Shown: positions 62,176 through 64,000 of the stretch, piece by piece
Layout: the number at the start of each line of letters is the position of its first letter
Position numbering within the stretch: the stretch's first letter is position 1
NCBI GenBank assembly: GCA_905250025.1
Contig: CAJNOJ010000062.1
Span: 301,974 to 365,973, forward strand
From: Adineta ricciae
Lineage: Eukaryota
Reading direction: 5' to 3'
DNA: 64,000 nucleotides
Made by a program: the position numbers and the translations under genes
The notes under the pieces: generated by a model
Databases searched by the model: none
The model's input: the letters and a program-made list of their open reading frames with translations, nothing else
Told to the model about the DNA's origin: nothing

Positions 62176-64000
62176 TCATCGAAACCAATGGATTCTGTGT
62201 ATGTGATAGGTGCAGTGCGGGTTGCTGAGTCGAGATAAGTTACAGTTGTGCTTCTTGAAGGTAAAACAGGTGAAGAAGAACCACTTGCCTATAAACGGAT
62301 AGTTTTCCTCCTGAATAGATAGTTGCAGTATAAAGTTTACATACTTCCGATGAAACATGAATGTCCACACGAATCCCATCCACATCTTGATGCAACTCAC
62401 TCTGTTCTCGTACAGTTTGATCAATTCGATTGTTCAGAGTCAGTATTTGTTGTTCAAGTGAGTTAATCTTCGATGTTAAAGCAATGCTCTCATGATGCAC
62501 ATCTCGGCCTTTGTCATTGTTACCACTACAAAATCAGAACAGACATTGATCTGGCCTTATATTGACACTAGTGGTAGTAATACCTAGCAAACAGTAATTG
62601 CTTTCGTTCGGCAACCATTTGCTGATAGACTGTTTCTTGATTTACTTTGACTTCTGAATCTTTTGCAAGTAGTTGTCGTGTTTCTTGAAGGTCTCGTTGG
62701 ATGTTTCGGATGTAATCGATATATTTCATCTTGGTACATTCGTGAATATCCCTGGAAAGCAAAGACTACGGTTTCTTGGTTCATATTAACGCAAGAATGT
62801 ACTTTTCTTCTTGTAAACGTTGTTTATATTTTTGTTTCAGGATTTCGTAGTTCTTCTTCAAATGTTCAATTTGTTGTTGATATGCTCGACATGTTAGTTG
62901 ACAATGCAGATTATCAGATTTCTCTTTCAAATACAACTGAAGAACAGTTGGCGAAGGCGTATTCACAGACTAATGATAAGGAAAAAGATTTTTCTTTGAA
63001 AAAAGATTAGATCTGTATTTCCGACTTACTGCGTTGTCTGATGCAGGTGACTGTCCGCTCATATGTGAGTAATACTCTACTGTTAATCGACATTCGATTA
63101 GTTCATATTGTAACGATTGATTTTCTTCCATGCGTGAATACAGTTCAGTACGTAGGTCAATATATTCTTGTTTCAATCGTTTTAATTTCATTTCAACACT
63201 ATGTCTGAAAAGAAACCTCGGCATCAGTTCTATTTCAAATCTATTCTAAACTCGAAAAGAACTGTGTACAAACCGGCGAAGTCGTTCGTCGTGAATCGAA
63301 TGTTGTAAAATCGTATTCTCATCGGATTTGGTTATCAGTTGATTTCTTAAAATAAGAAGTTCACGTTTAATTGAATAATTTGTTTGATCAGAATGGATTT
63401 GACGTTGTTCAGATGATTGCTTATCTGTCGTCGGTGACTTCAGTAGTTCCATTTTCTGTCAGAAATAGAATGAGTGTTATCGGATAACGACATAAAAGTT
63501 TAACTCAGAAACCTGTAGTTGCTCGTCATGTATGATCTGTTCCAGTTCATTGATTTTCATCAATTTCATATTATTCTCTTGTGATAGTTGATTGTTGATA
63601 GTCACAAATAATGCGGATCGATCTAGGAGATCTTTTTGAATTTGTTCAATGAACTAAAATCAAGTGAGAGATGCTAGTTGAAAGAAAAAGCAACCGAATA
63701 AATCGACAAACATTTTGCTTTTCATTAATCTCGGCTTGCAATTTATCGACGTTGGATCGATAGTGTTCTAACTGGCTGGCATACTGATTAATTTGATGTT
63801 GTAATTGAATATTTGTTTGGTGACTTTTCAAGATCTCGCCATCGTAGTTTTCCTAAAATACGAACATTCTCAGTACATAGAATCTAACGTGTCGGATATT
63901 TCGAATTACAGTCATTTGCTTTTGCGCAATGCGTAACGATTCGATTTGAGATCGGTTTTCAGCAATTTCCTTCTCGTATTTCTCTTGCAGTTCAGTTACA
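62176..64000 (-). CDS. Coiled-coil protein, 3' portion only (gene continues beyond the window end), at least 7 short exons
   Basis: Consecutive minus-strand heptad-rich exon ORFs at 63900-64000, 63646-63831, 63246-63452, 62970-63224, 62781-62966, 62568-62762 and 62240-62500, with a terminal exon ending ...GFDDGHVYEVS* at about 62176. These are separated by about 50-100-nt introns. No family assignment. Confidence 0.5.

Noticed and set aside
1-64000. A prokaryotic, phage or CRISPR interpretation of the window
   Set aside because: The genes are split by GT..AG introns with consistent phases, the domains are typically metazoan, and no direct-repeat/spacer arrays, Shine-Dalgarno-led gene strings or rRNA/tRNA genes were seen. 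This is eukaryotic nuclear DNA.

Overview
Reading-based annotation, no tools. This window is eukaryotic (metazoan) nuclear DNA, not prokaryotic: it is AT-rich, genes are split by short GT..AG introns (mostly about 45-65 nt, a few about 1-1.7 kb), there are no Shine-Dalgarno-led operons, and the domain content (TSP1 repeats, 7TM receptor, nuclear receptor, Tudor, U-box/WD40, vault PARP) is animal-like. The organism cannot be named from sequence alone; a compact AT-rich invertebrate genome is the most I can say. I resolve about 25 protein-coding genes, several to exon level. They are a secreted PAN/EGF/TSP1-repeat protein, a rhodopsin-like GPCR, a cellular RNA-dependent RNA polymerase (RdRP) with the DLDGD catalytic motif, a polypeptide GalNAc-transferase, MOZART1 (MZT1), a long coiled-coil protein, TBC1D20-like RabGAP, an RGS-PX sorting nexin, a PARP4-like vault PARP (BRCT-PARP-VIT-vWA), an odd gene combining acidic N-terminus, Pro-rich FG-like tandem repeats and an Hsp70 substrate-binding domain without ATPase domain, an FABP, an EF-hand-like gene, a DUF547 gene, the high-affinity choline transporter (SLC5A7/CHT1-like), a very large type-II membrane protein with LEA_2/WHy-like repeats, a divergent nuclear receptor, a multi-Tudor protein, IMMP1L-like mitochondrial inner-membrane peptidase, adenylate kinase (with a degenerate hAT transposase remnant in its 1.7-kb intron), a WDSUB1-like WD40-SAM-U-box protein and a 3' part of another coiled-coil gene. 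I found no rRNA, tRNA or CRISPR. Note that the ORF track begins ORFs at ATG, GTG or TTG, so several listed 'M' starts are not real initiators. Noteworthy points: a metazoan cellular RdRP; a vault-PARP locus; an Hsp70-SBD-only chimeric architecture; a multi-LEA_2-like membrane protein; several same-strand gene runs with about 100-400-nt intergenic gaps and acceptor-like sites a few nt upstream of the ATG (operon / SL trans-splicing-like); a hAT fossil; (CT)n microsatellites in the choline transporter upstream region; and a nuclear receptor with an unusual P-box.
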